Source: Octopus vulgaris
Lineage: Eukaryota
Reading direction: 5' to 3'
DNA: 64,000 bases
Assembly: GCA_951406725.2 (NCBI GenBank)
Contig: OX597817.1
Location: 59,458,001-59,522,000, forward strand
Shown here piece after piece: positions 53,746 to 64,000 of the stretch (position 1 is its first letter; every line of letters starts with the position of its first letter). A model generated the notes under the pieces. The model had not been told where the DNA came from and did not search any database. It saw only the letters and a list, made by a program, of their open reading frames with translations. Position numbers and translations under genes: made by a program.

Positions 53746-54435
53746 AGTCAACTGCTACAAGGGTAAAGGTGATGTTCTAGATAGAAATAACTACAGGGGT
53801 ACTAAACTGCTGGATCAGGTGATGAAGGTCACGGGGAGGGTCATAGCCCATCTCATTAGGGAGATAGTCTGCTTAGATGAGATGCAGTTTGGTTTTGTGC
53901 TGGGTAGAAGCACTACTGATGCCATATTCCTGGTTTGACAACTGCAGAAATACCTAGCTAAAGATAAACCCCTATACTTAGCTTTTGTGGACTTGGAGAA
54001 AGCCTTTGACAGGGTCCTCTGATCCCTTATCTGGTGGGCAATGCAGAAACTAGAGATTGATGAATGCTTAATAAGGGCTGTACAGGCCCTATACAGAGAG
54101 GCCGTTAGTAAGGTTAGGATTGGCAATGAGTGTAGTGAAAAATTCCGGGTTGAAGTAGGGGTCCACCAAGGTTCAGCCCTCAGTCCCCTTTTATTCATCA
54201 TAGTCCTCCAGGCAATAACATCTAATTCAAGACGGGTTGCCCCTGGGAGCTCCTCTATGCTGATAACCTGGCCCCCATAGCAGAATCACTACCAAAACTA
54301 GAAAAGAAATTTCGAGTGTGGAAGCAAGGTTTAGAATCAAAAGGCCTTAGAGTCAATGTAGCAAAGACCAAAGTTCAAGTAAGTAAGAAGGCAAACTCAT
54401 CACACACCCCCTCAGGTAAGTGGCCCTGCTCAATC
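53746..54435 (+). mobile_element. Internal RTE RT fragment
   Basis: NYRGTKLLDQVMKV, QFGFVLGRSTTDAIF and VGVHQGSALSPLLF, with frameshifts. Confidence 0.9.
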
Positions 54436-54442
54436 TTATTTG

Positions 54443-54501
<59 letters not shown>

Positions 54502-54826
54502 TACATACACACAGGGTTATACATATAAAGTTTGGTTTCAAAATCTTAATGCTAACCTTAATTATTAGAATTTCTTTAAACGATTTGGAAGATGAATTTC
54601 CAAGAGGAAAGAGTTAATAACAACCAAAGAAAAAAAGAAAGAGACACAAAGTGAAGGGGGGGAGTGGCAAAAAAAAAGAATCCCAGTTTTCTCCATTTTA
54701 ATTTGTTTCTGCTGCTGTTAATGGCTGTGAGTAATTCTAACAGAAGTCATTAACATTATCTCTCTTTGATTCCTGCAAAAGAATGGCTTTTCTGATTCAA
54801 GCAGTTTATTTCTCTCTCTCGCTCAC

Positions 54827-54867
54827 CTGGTATTCCTCCTTCTTTGGTGATGGTGCCTAGAAGCCAT
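54827..54867 (-). CDS. Candidate first coding exon (MASRHHHQRRRNT, phase 2)
   Basis: aacaatATGG start context, CAG|GTGAGC donor, unique sequence, TATAAAA about 125 bp upstream. No homology recognised. Confidence 0.35.
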
Positions 54868-55084
54868 ATTGTTCGTATGTCTAGCAATGTTTCATGGAGA
54901 AATAGACTTGCTCTACCTCACCTTCTTCTCTCTTCTCTTCTCTTCTCTCCAAACAGACTCAGTTTGAATCCCTTCCTTCTCATTGGTCCATTTTATACTT
55001 GACTGAGACCAGGGAATGATTCTTTGTCTGTGTATCTCTGTAGCTGTGGCAGTGTATCAGTGTGTGTTTGTTCATGTATGTTTG

Positions 55085-55725
55085 TATATGTGAATATTAG
55101 TGTGTGTGCATATGTGAATATCAGTGTGTGTCAATGCGTAGGGTAGTTTTAGAGTGTGTGTGTGTGTGTTTGCATCTGTAATAGTGTGTGTTAGTGTGTG
55201 TGTGTGAGTGTGAATATTAGTGTGTGTCAATATGTAGGGTAGTTTTAGAGTGTGTGTGTATGTGTTTGCATCTGTAATAGTGTGTGTGAGTGTGAATATC
55301 AGTGTGTGTCAATGCGTAGGGTAGTTTTAGAGTGTGTGTGTGTGTGTGTTTGCATCTGTAATAGTTTGTGTTAGTGTGTGTGTGTGTGAGTGTGAATATT
55401 AGTGTGTGTCAATATGTAGGGTAGTTTTAGAGTGTGTGTGTGTTTGCATATGTAATAGTGAGTGTGAGTGTTATTGTGGATGTGTGTGTGTCTTAATGTA
55501 TGTGAGTGTTAGTGCGTGTTTCTGTGTGTTTGTTTGCATGTGTATTAGTGTGTGGGTGGGGGGTTGTGTGTGTGAGTGTTAGTGCGTGTTTCTGTATGTT
55601 TGCATGTGTATTAGTGTGTGTGTGTGTGGGTGGTGGTTGTGTATGTAAGTGTTAGTGTGTGTGTGTGTGCCAATGTGTGTTTGTGTATTAATGTATGTAC
55701 CAATGTGTTTGTGTGTGTGTGTGAG
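55085..55725. repeat. GT-rich complex minisatellite with alternating units of about 80-100 bp
   Basis: gtgaatat(c/t)agtgtgtgtcaat(gc/at)gtagggtagttttagagtgtg occurs four times. Confidence 0.9.
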
Positions 55726-56571
55726 TAGTTAATTTTTGTATTTATTGATGTCTAGTTTTTCAGTGGAATCCTTGGCCACAAGCCACCTCTTGTGTATCTG
55801 TTTCTGTGGTGATGGTGATGATGGTGATGATGCTGTTTGCTTAATTAACATGTATGTTGGGTTAATCGCAAATACTGAAAAATTCTGCTAGTTAGGTTTA
55901 TAAATGTGGAGAACTTATTATTCAAGGGATTCGTAGAAACAAAAACTGAAAAATTATAAATACAATGGCTATCCTTTTTTTGTATATTTTTTTGCATATG
56001 CCCCAGCATGGCCGTGGGGTTAAGAAATTTGCTTTGCAACCATGTCGTTTCAGATTCAGTCCCATATTGTAGCACCTTTGGCTAGTGTCTTCTACTATAA
56101 CCCCAAGCCAGTCTATGCCTTGTGAGGGAATTAGATAGATGGAAACAGAAAGAAGCCCATTGTGTGTGTGTTTCTTATTGTTTGACAAACAGTGTTGGTT
56201 TGTTTGTGTGCCCATAACTTAGTGGTTCAGCAAAAGTGACCGATATAATAAGTACCAAACTTAAAAAAACAAGTACTGTGTCAATTTGTTTGACAAAACC
56301 CTGCCCCAGCATGGCCACAGTCCAATGACTGAAACAAGTAAAAGATTAAAAGAGATGCTTAGCATTTACCTGTAACCAAAACATGATATTTAGGTGTTTA
56401 TTCATAAAATACTTGTGTGTCACTGTTAGGTTTTAAAGGCTTGCAAGCTACATGGCAACCTCACTGGTGCTGGTGCTATGAAAAAAGGACCCAACACACA
56501 CGATAAAGCAGTTGGTGTTAGGATGGGCCGCTGACAGTAAACAGTGGAGACACCATACCAAAGGAGACACA

Positions 56572-57010
56572 TCATCATCATTGTTCAACTGTGGTCGAGA
56601 CAATGGAATTTACTATGTTACGGGAGACCTCACAGTCCATCATAGCATTACGGAGGTCCTGTTGCTGGATGCTTGTATCCCTGAAGATTACATCAGAGTA
56701 GGAGAGTTTGTGCCCTCTGGTATCGCGAGTAGATGGCTTCCAGAGGAGAAGAGTAGAAATTACCTCGTTTTCAGCTCTGCAACAATGTCCAGCAAACTGG
56801 ACTCTTCTACTTTTCACAAGAGATGATACAGGTGGTAATTTCCCATATATTTGTACTGTGGTTGGATGACACTTCCACGAGAGATTTTGAGGCGAGTGTA
56901 AGTTCCATCCAACCGCCTCTCAAGCTTCTTTGATAATGTCCAGGTTTCTGAGCCATGTAGTAGAATTGGTTCTACTGTGGCTTTGAAGATTTTAAGTTTG
57001 AAATCTCTAC
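56572..57010 (-). mobile_element. RTE-X-like LINE 3' fragment
   Basis: ATVEPILLHGSETWTLSKKLERRLDGTYTRL and RRVQFAGHC, with a (GAT)n tail. Confidence 0.8.
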
Positions 57011-59341
57011 TTAGATTTGATGACCAGTGCTTGGATCCATTAGACCCATGTCAAATTGTCCAATCCATGCCAACATGGAACGGGAGCATCACACCAAATG
57101 AGGATGTGCGTGTATGTATGTGCATGCATGTGTGTGTATGTGTCTGTGTTTGTGTCTGTCTTTGTCTCCCACCACTGCTTAACAGCTGGTGTTGCTTTAT
57201 TTACATCCCTGTAACTTAGTAGTTCGCTAAAAAGAAACAAATCAAATAAATATCATACTTAAAATAAATACTTGGGTCAATTTGTTCAACCAAACCCTTC
57301 AAGGTGGTGCCCCAGCATGGCCACAGTCAAATGAATGAAACAATTCAAAGATAAGATATCAGCTAGTCTATCTTGGACTACATCATCTAATGCATTCATA
57401 TTTTTTAAGATGGTTGAGTGATTTGTGAAAGATTTGGTTGCCGTTTTTAGAGGGTTGAGTGACCATGCTAAGGCTCCCCTGCTGGTTTGTCGTTGTTTAG
57501 CCCCAGGTCAGTAGGGCCTGTAGAGGCTCCCTCATTGGTTTGATCTGTTATGGGTAAAGTTAATTACTTTGCTTGTTGGTCTTACCAAATTATTTCAGGA
57601 AGTTGACCTTTAAGAATTGTCTTATTTAAATTTTCCACTCTCTTAACCTCTTCTTTTGCGCTTTCTTTTACACTACATGTAAGGCCCAATAAAGGCCCAA
57701 ATCATCATCATGTTCATCATCATCGTCGTCATCATTTAATGTCTATTTTCCTTATTGGTATGGGTTGGATGGTTTGACAGGAGGTGGCAAGGCTGGAGAG
57801 CTGCACCAAGCTCTAATTGTCTGCTATCTATGGCTGGATGCCCTTCTTAACACCAACCATTTAACAGTGTGACACTGGCACCAGTAAGGTCACCAAATAA
57901 CTCACAAGACAAAGTAAGAAAAGAAAAGGGCCACTCTGGTCTTTGACTGTATTGGAATGTATTTCAGAGAGAAAGAGAGAGAGAGAGGAGAGAGAGAGGG
58001 ATCTTTATGCCAAGTGTTGAAGGCTAAAGTGCTGTTTTAAAATAAATTCTGATGGAGTCAGATATGGCTGTGTGGTTCAGCAGCTTGCATTGCAACCACA
58101 TAGTTTTTGGTTCAGTTCCACTTCAAGCACCTTGGCCAAGTATTTTCTACTATAGTTCCAGGACAATCGATACTTTAAGAGTGAATTTGGTTGGTAGAAA
58201 TTGTGTAGAAGCTTCTCATATGCATTTTGCCAATCCCCAATTCTCTACTGCTCAGTCATTAGAGCATCAGGAAAACATGTCGTAACTGTTTACATTCTGA
58301 GTTCACATCCTGCCATATTCAGTTTTGCTTTTCTGCCCTCTGGGGTCAATAAAATACAATACCAGTTAAGTAATCATCATCATCATCATCATCATCAACC
58401 CCTGGATATTACTGTCTTAAGTCCTAGGACTCCTGGGGCCCATTAGCTAGTTTCCACGGTGTGTAAACGACTGAGGTTACAACATTCCCCCTAAACAGGA
58501 AACCAGTGTGTCACAGGGTTAACTCATTTACACTCATATGAGTGCAGGGCTGTTGCTAAACCCTTGCAGTCACAGGAGCTTCCATGGTTGAGGGGCCCTA
58601 TGTTAAGATCAAAGTACATAGATGAGTCATCTATTTACTTTAGTTAAGATGTTGAACAAGAATTAAACTATCAATGTTAGCTGAAAATTTCAAGAAATAA
58701 AATGGTAATGTGTCCAGACTTTGAACACAACCTTAGCCCTCAGCTTGATTATTCTGAACTGATCGATGATTTTGTGCCATGTTTGTCTTTGAAAGTTGCC
58801 TGGATTATAAAAATGATCTTTTATTCATATCTGGAAGTTTTACTTATTGAAATTTGTAATAGACCTAAATAAATTTAACTCGTACTTTTAAAGATGTTCT
58901 TTAGGATAACATGAAATATTGAACTTTGTACAGAATAAAGCAAAATATAGCTATGAATAAAAAGTGCGTAGGTTATGAATTTTGATTGAAGGGATGCGGC
59001 CTTGAAACAAAAAGTTGTAGGGTGTCTCTAAAAGTCATGTGATGGAGCTGGTTGAGTAAAGGGGAGCAATACAAAATGAAGTGTTTTGCTCAAGATCACA
59101 ACACACCATTCAGTTTGGGAATTGAAACCACAGCTTTGCAATTATGAACGCAACACCCTAACCACCAGGCTACATGCCTTCTTCACGTATTGGGGTCAAT
59201 TTAATTGACTAGCCACCTCCTTCAAAAGATATCTAGCTTTGTGCCACTGTTACAATTATTTGACAAGTTGTATATCTAATATGTCTGTGCCAACTTACAC
59301 GTCTAATATTACTGAATTGCATTCTAAATATTTTTCTGTCG

Positions 59342-59545
59342 ACCAACGACATTTTCCATCACAACGGGTTCAAGACGTTTGGTGGGATTGAACCACTAAC
59401 TGCAAGATTCCTGTCTTCACTGACAACTCACCTTGCAGAGGTAACTGGTGAGGCTCATGAGGGCGCCTGGCTGTCCCAGCGCATCAGCCTCACCATTACC
59501 CGCGGCAACACTGCAAGCATGCTGGCATATCTCAATAGCCATTAG
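59342..59545 (+). mobile_element. C-terminal restriction-like endonuclease fragment of a CRE-type non-LTR retrotransposon
   Basis: FKTFGGIEPLTARFLSSLTTHLAEVTGEAHEGAWLSQRISLTITRGNTASMLA resembles the ETxG...QRLSxxIQRGN motif. Confidence 0.75.
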
Positions 59546-60170
59546 AGAGGTTTCCCAGCGACCCCCAACTTTTCAACCCAAGGTGGTGAATTGTGTTGGT
59601 TTTTTTTCTTTTTAATTTTTTCAATTGTGTTCTCTGTTTTGTCCAGTTTTCTAGTTTGATTTTGTAAAACGGTAAACATAGGGGCCACATAGAAACAACA
59701 TCCTATACTCACTATTTACAGCTAATAAATCCATATTTTACAATATTTTTCTTTCTTTCTTTTCTCTCATTTTCCTCTTTCAGTAAAGAAGAGCTTCACT
59801 CATAAGATGGCTGAGAACACTATATATTATTAACCACATCAGCTTAACAAGACCTAACTAAAAGTGGTAAGATTTTATAAAAATTTATCATACTTAGCAC
59901 ACATCTTTATATTTATTTAAAGATAGAAGATTATTTGGGAGAAGGCAATGGCTGCCACATTGATAAAATTAGATGCTGACATATAAGTAGGCATGTTTGC
60001 ATGTCTCTATATATATATAGAAAACATGTTTGTGTATATATATATATATAGATATATAGAAAACATGCTTGTGTGATGTATATATATATATATATATATA
60101 TTTGTGTGTGTGTGTGTGGGTTTAATGAAAACGTTGGTCAGCCTAACTCTAAAGCTTTGCTTTCCTACAG

Positions 60171-60308
60171 GAAGAAACAAAACCATTGAGCCTCGTTTTC
60201 AATCTCACAGCCAACCACTTCCACACTGCTGCATCTCTCACCACACCTCTTGTCAGTCTACCATTGTTTGCTGTTTTGTACTTATCAGTCTCTAGTGGTG
60301 GCACATGA
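60171..60308 (+). CDS. Candidate terminal exon with hydrophobic C-terminus
   Basis: Branch point CTAAC and ctttgctttcctacAG acceptor. Phase 0 reads EETKPLSLVFNLTANHFHTAASLTTPLVSLPLFAVLYLSVSSGGT*. Confidence 0.3.
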   Translation, partial: EETKPLSLVFNLTANHFHTAASLTTPLVSLPLFAVLYLSVSSGGT

Positions 60309-60384
60309 AGTACACACAGCAAATGGGAGCATGCCTGTCTGTCTGTGTGTCTGAGGAGGGGAGCGGGTTATTTTGTCTTTAAGG

Positions 60385-60925
60385 CATGTGTGTGTGTGTG
60401 TCTGTGTATATAGGTATTTATGTATGCCTGTATGTACACACACACACATATCTATGTGTGTATATATATTGATAAAAATGTTTCTAGATTCATAAATAAA
60501 CAGTTATATGTGTGTGCATTTATGTATGTGTGTGTCTGTGTCTTTGTATATAGTTATTTGTGTATGCATGTATGTACATACACACACATATCTGTGTGTG
60601 TATATATATTGATGAAAAATTTTCTGGATTCATAAATAAACAGATATATGTGTGTGCATTTATGTATGCGTGTGTGCACGAGTTGGACATGTGTGTGTCT
60701 GTGTCTCTGTGTATAAGTATTTATGTATGCATGTATGTATGCTTATATGTACGTATACACACACACATATCTGTGTGTATATATATATTGATATATATAT
60801 ATATAATATATACATAAATAATAAATATATAATATATATATATATATAAATAAGCAGATATATGAGTGTGTGCATTTATGTTTGTGTGTGTGCACGAGTT
60901 GGACGTGTGTGTGTGTGTGTGCATG
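60385..60925. repeat. Complex microsatellite-derived tandem repeat, about 3 units
   Basis: Recurring acacacacatatctgtgtgtatatatattgat...ataaacag..atatgtgtgtgcatttatg. Confidence 0.8.
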
Positions 60926-62061
60926 TGTAATCTTCCTTTCCCAATCTGCCTGAATCCCTTCTGACCCTTTCAAAAAGTCTCTTCCCCAGTTACTTCTCCT
61001 TTTTCATGGCTTGACCTTTAACCCCTATTTGTTTGTTTATTTATTTATTACCTTTCAGATATTCAAGTATTTCTGCATTGAAACTCTCATGCTTCTCCTC
61101 CCTTTAAAACCTGATGGCATTCATCACTGCTCTTACCTCAATACTAACCATACAAACCATCCTCACAACCATCAATGAGAACCAATAGGTGAACCTCTAT
61201 GTGGTCATTTGACTTGCTAGAAACAACAGTTAAATCTCTCTAAAATAATACGTTCTAATTTTTACACTGGGCCAGCAAGGGAGTTAATTGATTACATTGA
61301 CCTCAGTATGCAACTGGTACTTATTTTATTGACCCTAAAAGGATGAAAGGCAAAGTTGACCTCAGTGGCATTTGAACTCAGAAAGTAGGGAGCCAGAAGA
61401 AATGCCACTATCGTTTTGTCTGGTGCCATAACGATTCTGTCAGCTTTGGTAAAATCTCAAATGAGAGATGGTCATGGATGGAATGCCTTTGGTCATAGAC
61501 CTACTGGATCAGGGTTGAGGACTTTGGACAAAACAACAACAGGAAATGTCCACCTCTGTCCCACCCCACTGTCAAACACACACCTGCATACACACACACA
61601 CACACACACACGTGCACATATACATGCATGCATACACACACATACACACATGCACACATGCATACATACACATGCATAATTACACACATGTGCACACACG
61701 TCTACCCATGCACATTGTCATACAGTTATGCTGTGCAGCTACAAGTGTTAAGCAGAGTATGGCTGACCACCAGGAGTAGATATCAAAATATGTGTCATTT
61801 AAGAAGGAAGCAGTAATTGTTATGTTCATTTAAAAACTTAGTTTTCGCATATACACTGTATTATTAATCTATAATGTTTCGATAATAATAATATGGGCTA
61901 CTTGACCAGAAGAACATTTTAACTGGGCCCCACCTGCAAGGTCATGCAGTGTTTATCTTGATATGAGATCACCATATCGCACAGGTTGTCATGATGGGTA
62001 TACTGGACTTTGCATATTTTACCCCAGTGTCACTTTGATGGCATGCACTGCTCTCTCACTC

Positions 62062-62093
<32 letters not shown>

Positions 62094-62308
62094 TAATAAT
62101 AATAATAATAGGGGCTGCAATAAGGGTGGAACACTTGCAGAAAACAACACTGCTTGGAGCTGCTTGAATACTCCAGAAGGTGCTCAAAAAATAAGAGGTG
62201 TTTCCTTAATTCAAAGGTAGTGAACAGCTGACACCGTAGTACAGCTCCAGCGTTAGAAGCTGTGCAAAGGCAATGGTAATAATAATAATAATAATAATGA
62301 TAATAATG

Positions 62309-62358
<50 letters not shown>

Positions 62359-62360
<2 letters not shown>

Positions 62361-63635
62361 AACTACAATATTCTCAACTGGACTCAAAATGAACTAATCA
62401 AAATAGACAGGAAAACAAAAAAATAATGACAGGATTTAGGATGCACCACCCAAAATCTGACATAGAAAGGCTGTATATACAATGTATCGAATGTGGTAGA
62501 GGCCTTAAACAGCTAGAAAACTATTATAAAATAACCACCGTAGGACTACAGAAATACCTACTTTATAAGTAAGGAAAACTAATACAAATAGCCACAAAAC
62601 ACGAACGAAACAAAAAATTGCTTTTTGTCTTTAAAGAAGCTGACAAATACAAAAAAGAAATCATAGTATCTAACAACTATAAAGAAAAAGAAGAAACAAA
62701 AAAAGCTGTAAAACAACTGAAATCCAAACTAAAACTGGAAGGGATCATGATAAAGCGATGGCAAGAAAAGCCCCTACATGGCAAATATTGGGTTGAGCTA
62801 AGCAGAAAAGAAATAGACAAAGCAAAACCCTAACCATGGTTAAGAAGCTCGGGACTCAAAGCAGAGACTGAAGGATTTTTAATTGCAGCACAAGATCAAA
62901 GCCTTCCCACCAGAAATCACCAAAAACATGTAATGAAAAGAAATATAACAAGTAACTACAGAATATGTGGAGATGGAGAAGAAACAATAAATCATATTAT
63001 CTCTGGCTGCCCAGTCCTGGCTAAGAAGGAATATATTCACAGACACGACAGAGTTGGGACCTATATACACTGGAAGCTATGCCAACATTATGAAATAACA
63101 ACAGAAAAAAGATGGTATAGGCACACCCCAGAAAAGGTCACAGAAAATGAGAAAGTAACCATACTCTGGGATACACAAATAGAGAAATTAAGGCCAACAG
63201 ACCAGATATAGTTGTCAGAGATCATGAAGGAAAAAAATGATTTCTAATTGATGTATCAATACCAGCAGATGACAACGTGTCTCTAAAAGAAATGGAGAAA
63301 CTTTCAAAATACAAAGATCTGGAAATAGAGGTAACTAGAATGTGGAATCTAAAAACAGAAACAATTCCTATCATAGTAAGTGCATTAGGTATGATAAAAA
63401 AAGACATTCAGAGAAATACATAACAAAAACACCAGGACTAACAAATATATATATAACATACAGAAAATAGAGCTACTAGGCACTGCACACATCCTACATA
63501 AAACACTTTCAATACAATAAAAATAAGAGCATCACAACAAATCACAGCACATACCCAAGGCACACAGAACTGCACTTGGTAGTGCAATGAAAGGACGAAA
63601 TAAAGATAAGACTACTGAACAGTAAGAATAATAAT
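62359..63635 (+). mobile_element. 5'-truncated R4/Dong-like non-LTR retrotransposon in (TAA)n
   Basis: LHGKYW, AAQDQSLPT, zinc knuckle relic RICGDGEETINHIISGC, RHDRV, and RPDIVV endonuclease motif. Flanked by TAA arrays. Confidence 0.9.
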
Positions 63636-64000
63636 GTAAGATTTTGTGAGACTTTCCTATTCAAAAGGACAAGAAATTAGAAAATAGTAGACCAGACAGA
63701 ACAATTATAGATAGGGAAAAGTGAAGTTTCTTACTTATCGACCCATCACACCCATGTGATTCCAGGATCGGAAAGAAAGAGGCAGAAAAACAGAAAAAAT
63801 GCAATCGCTTAAAATTTGAAATAGGAAGAATTTGGAGCAAGCAAACCGTAAAGGTCGTGCCTATAATAATTGTTGCGTTGGGAACAGTAAGCCAAAAGGT
63901 AGACAAATGGCTGAAGGAAATTGGAATAGAATGCCCGACAGAGCTCCTACAGAAAGTTTGTCTCTTAGGGACAGCAATGATTATCAGGAGAGTTCTAAGC
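63636..64000 (+). mobile_element. 3' fragment of another R4/Dong-like element
   Basis: NSRPDRTII, VVPIIIVALG and LQKVCLLGTAMIIRRVL. Joined at an AAT repeat. Confidence 0.8.

Noticed and set aside
59783-59865. Acceptor/donor-bounded 83-nt candidate exon
   Set aside because: Stops in all three frames, so at most non-coding.

Overview
AT-rich, repeat-saturated animal DNA. The SINE families and microsatellite load look like a cephalopod (octopus-type) genome, which is an inference. No multi-exon host gene is visible, only two weak candidate exons. The window is mostly tRNA-headed SINEs, RTE, RTE-X, CR1, R4/Dong and CRE-like LINE fragments, a decayed Gypsy element, a tiny LTR element, mariner DD34D, rosa-like DD41D and pogo transposase relics, piggyBac MITEs and non-autonomous Helitrons. 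The main unexpected signal is a set of short non-coding elements carrying minimal type I hammerhead-ribozyme motifs with palindromic stem III: five loci (about 5.4, 21.8, 22.3, 22.7-23.2 and 43.8 kb), eight motifs, each locus a different sequence family. Three loci are divergent inverted pairs forming long hairpins, most abut (TA)n tracts, and one unit has a tRNA/Pol III head. This resembles a family of non-autonomous Penelope-type or retrozyme-like elements. Coordinates were read by eye, so repeat boundaries are approximate.
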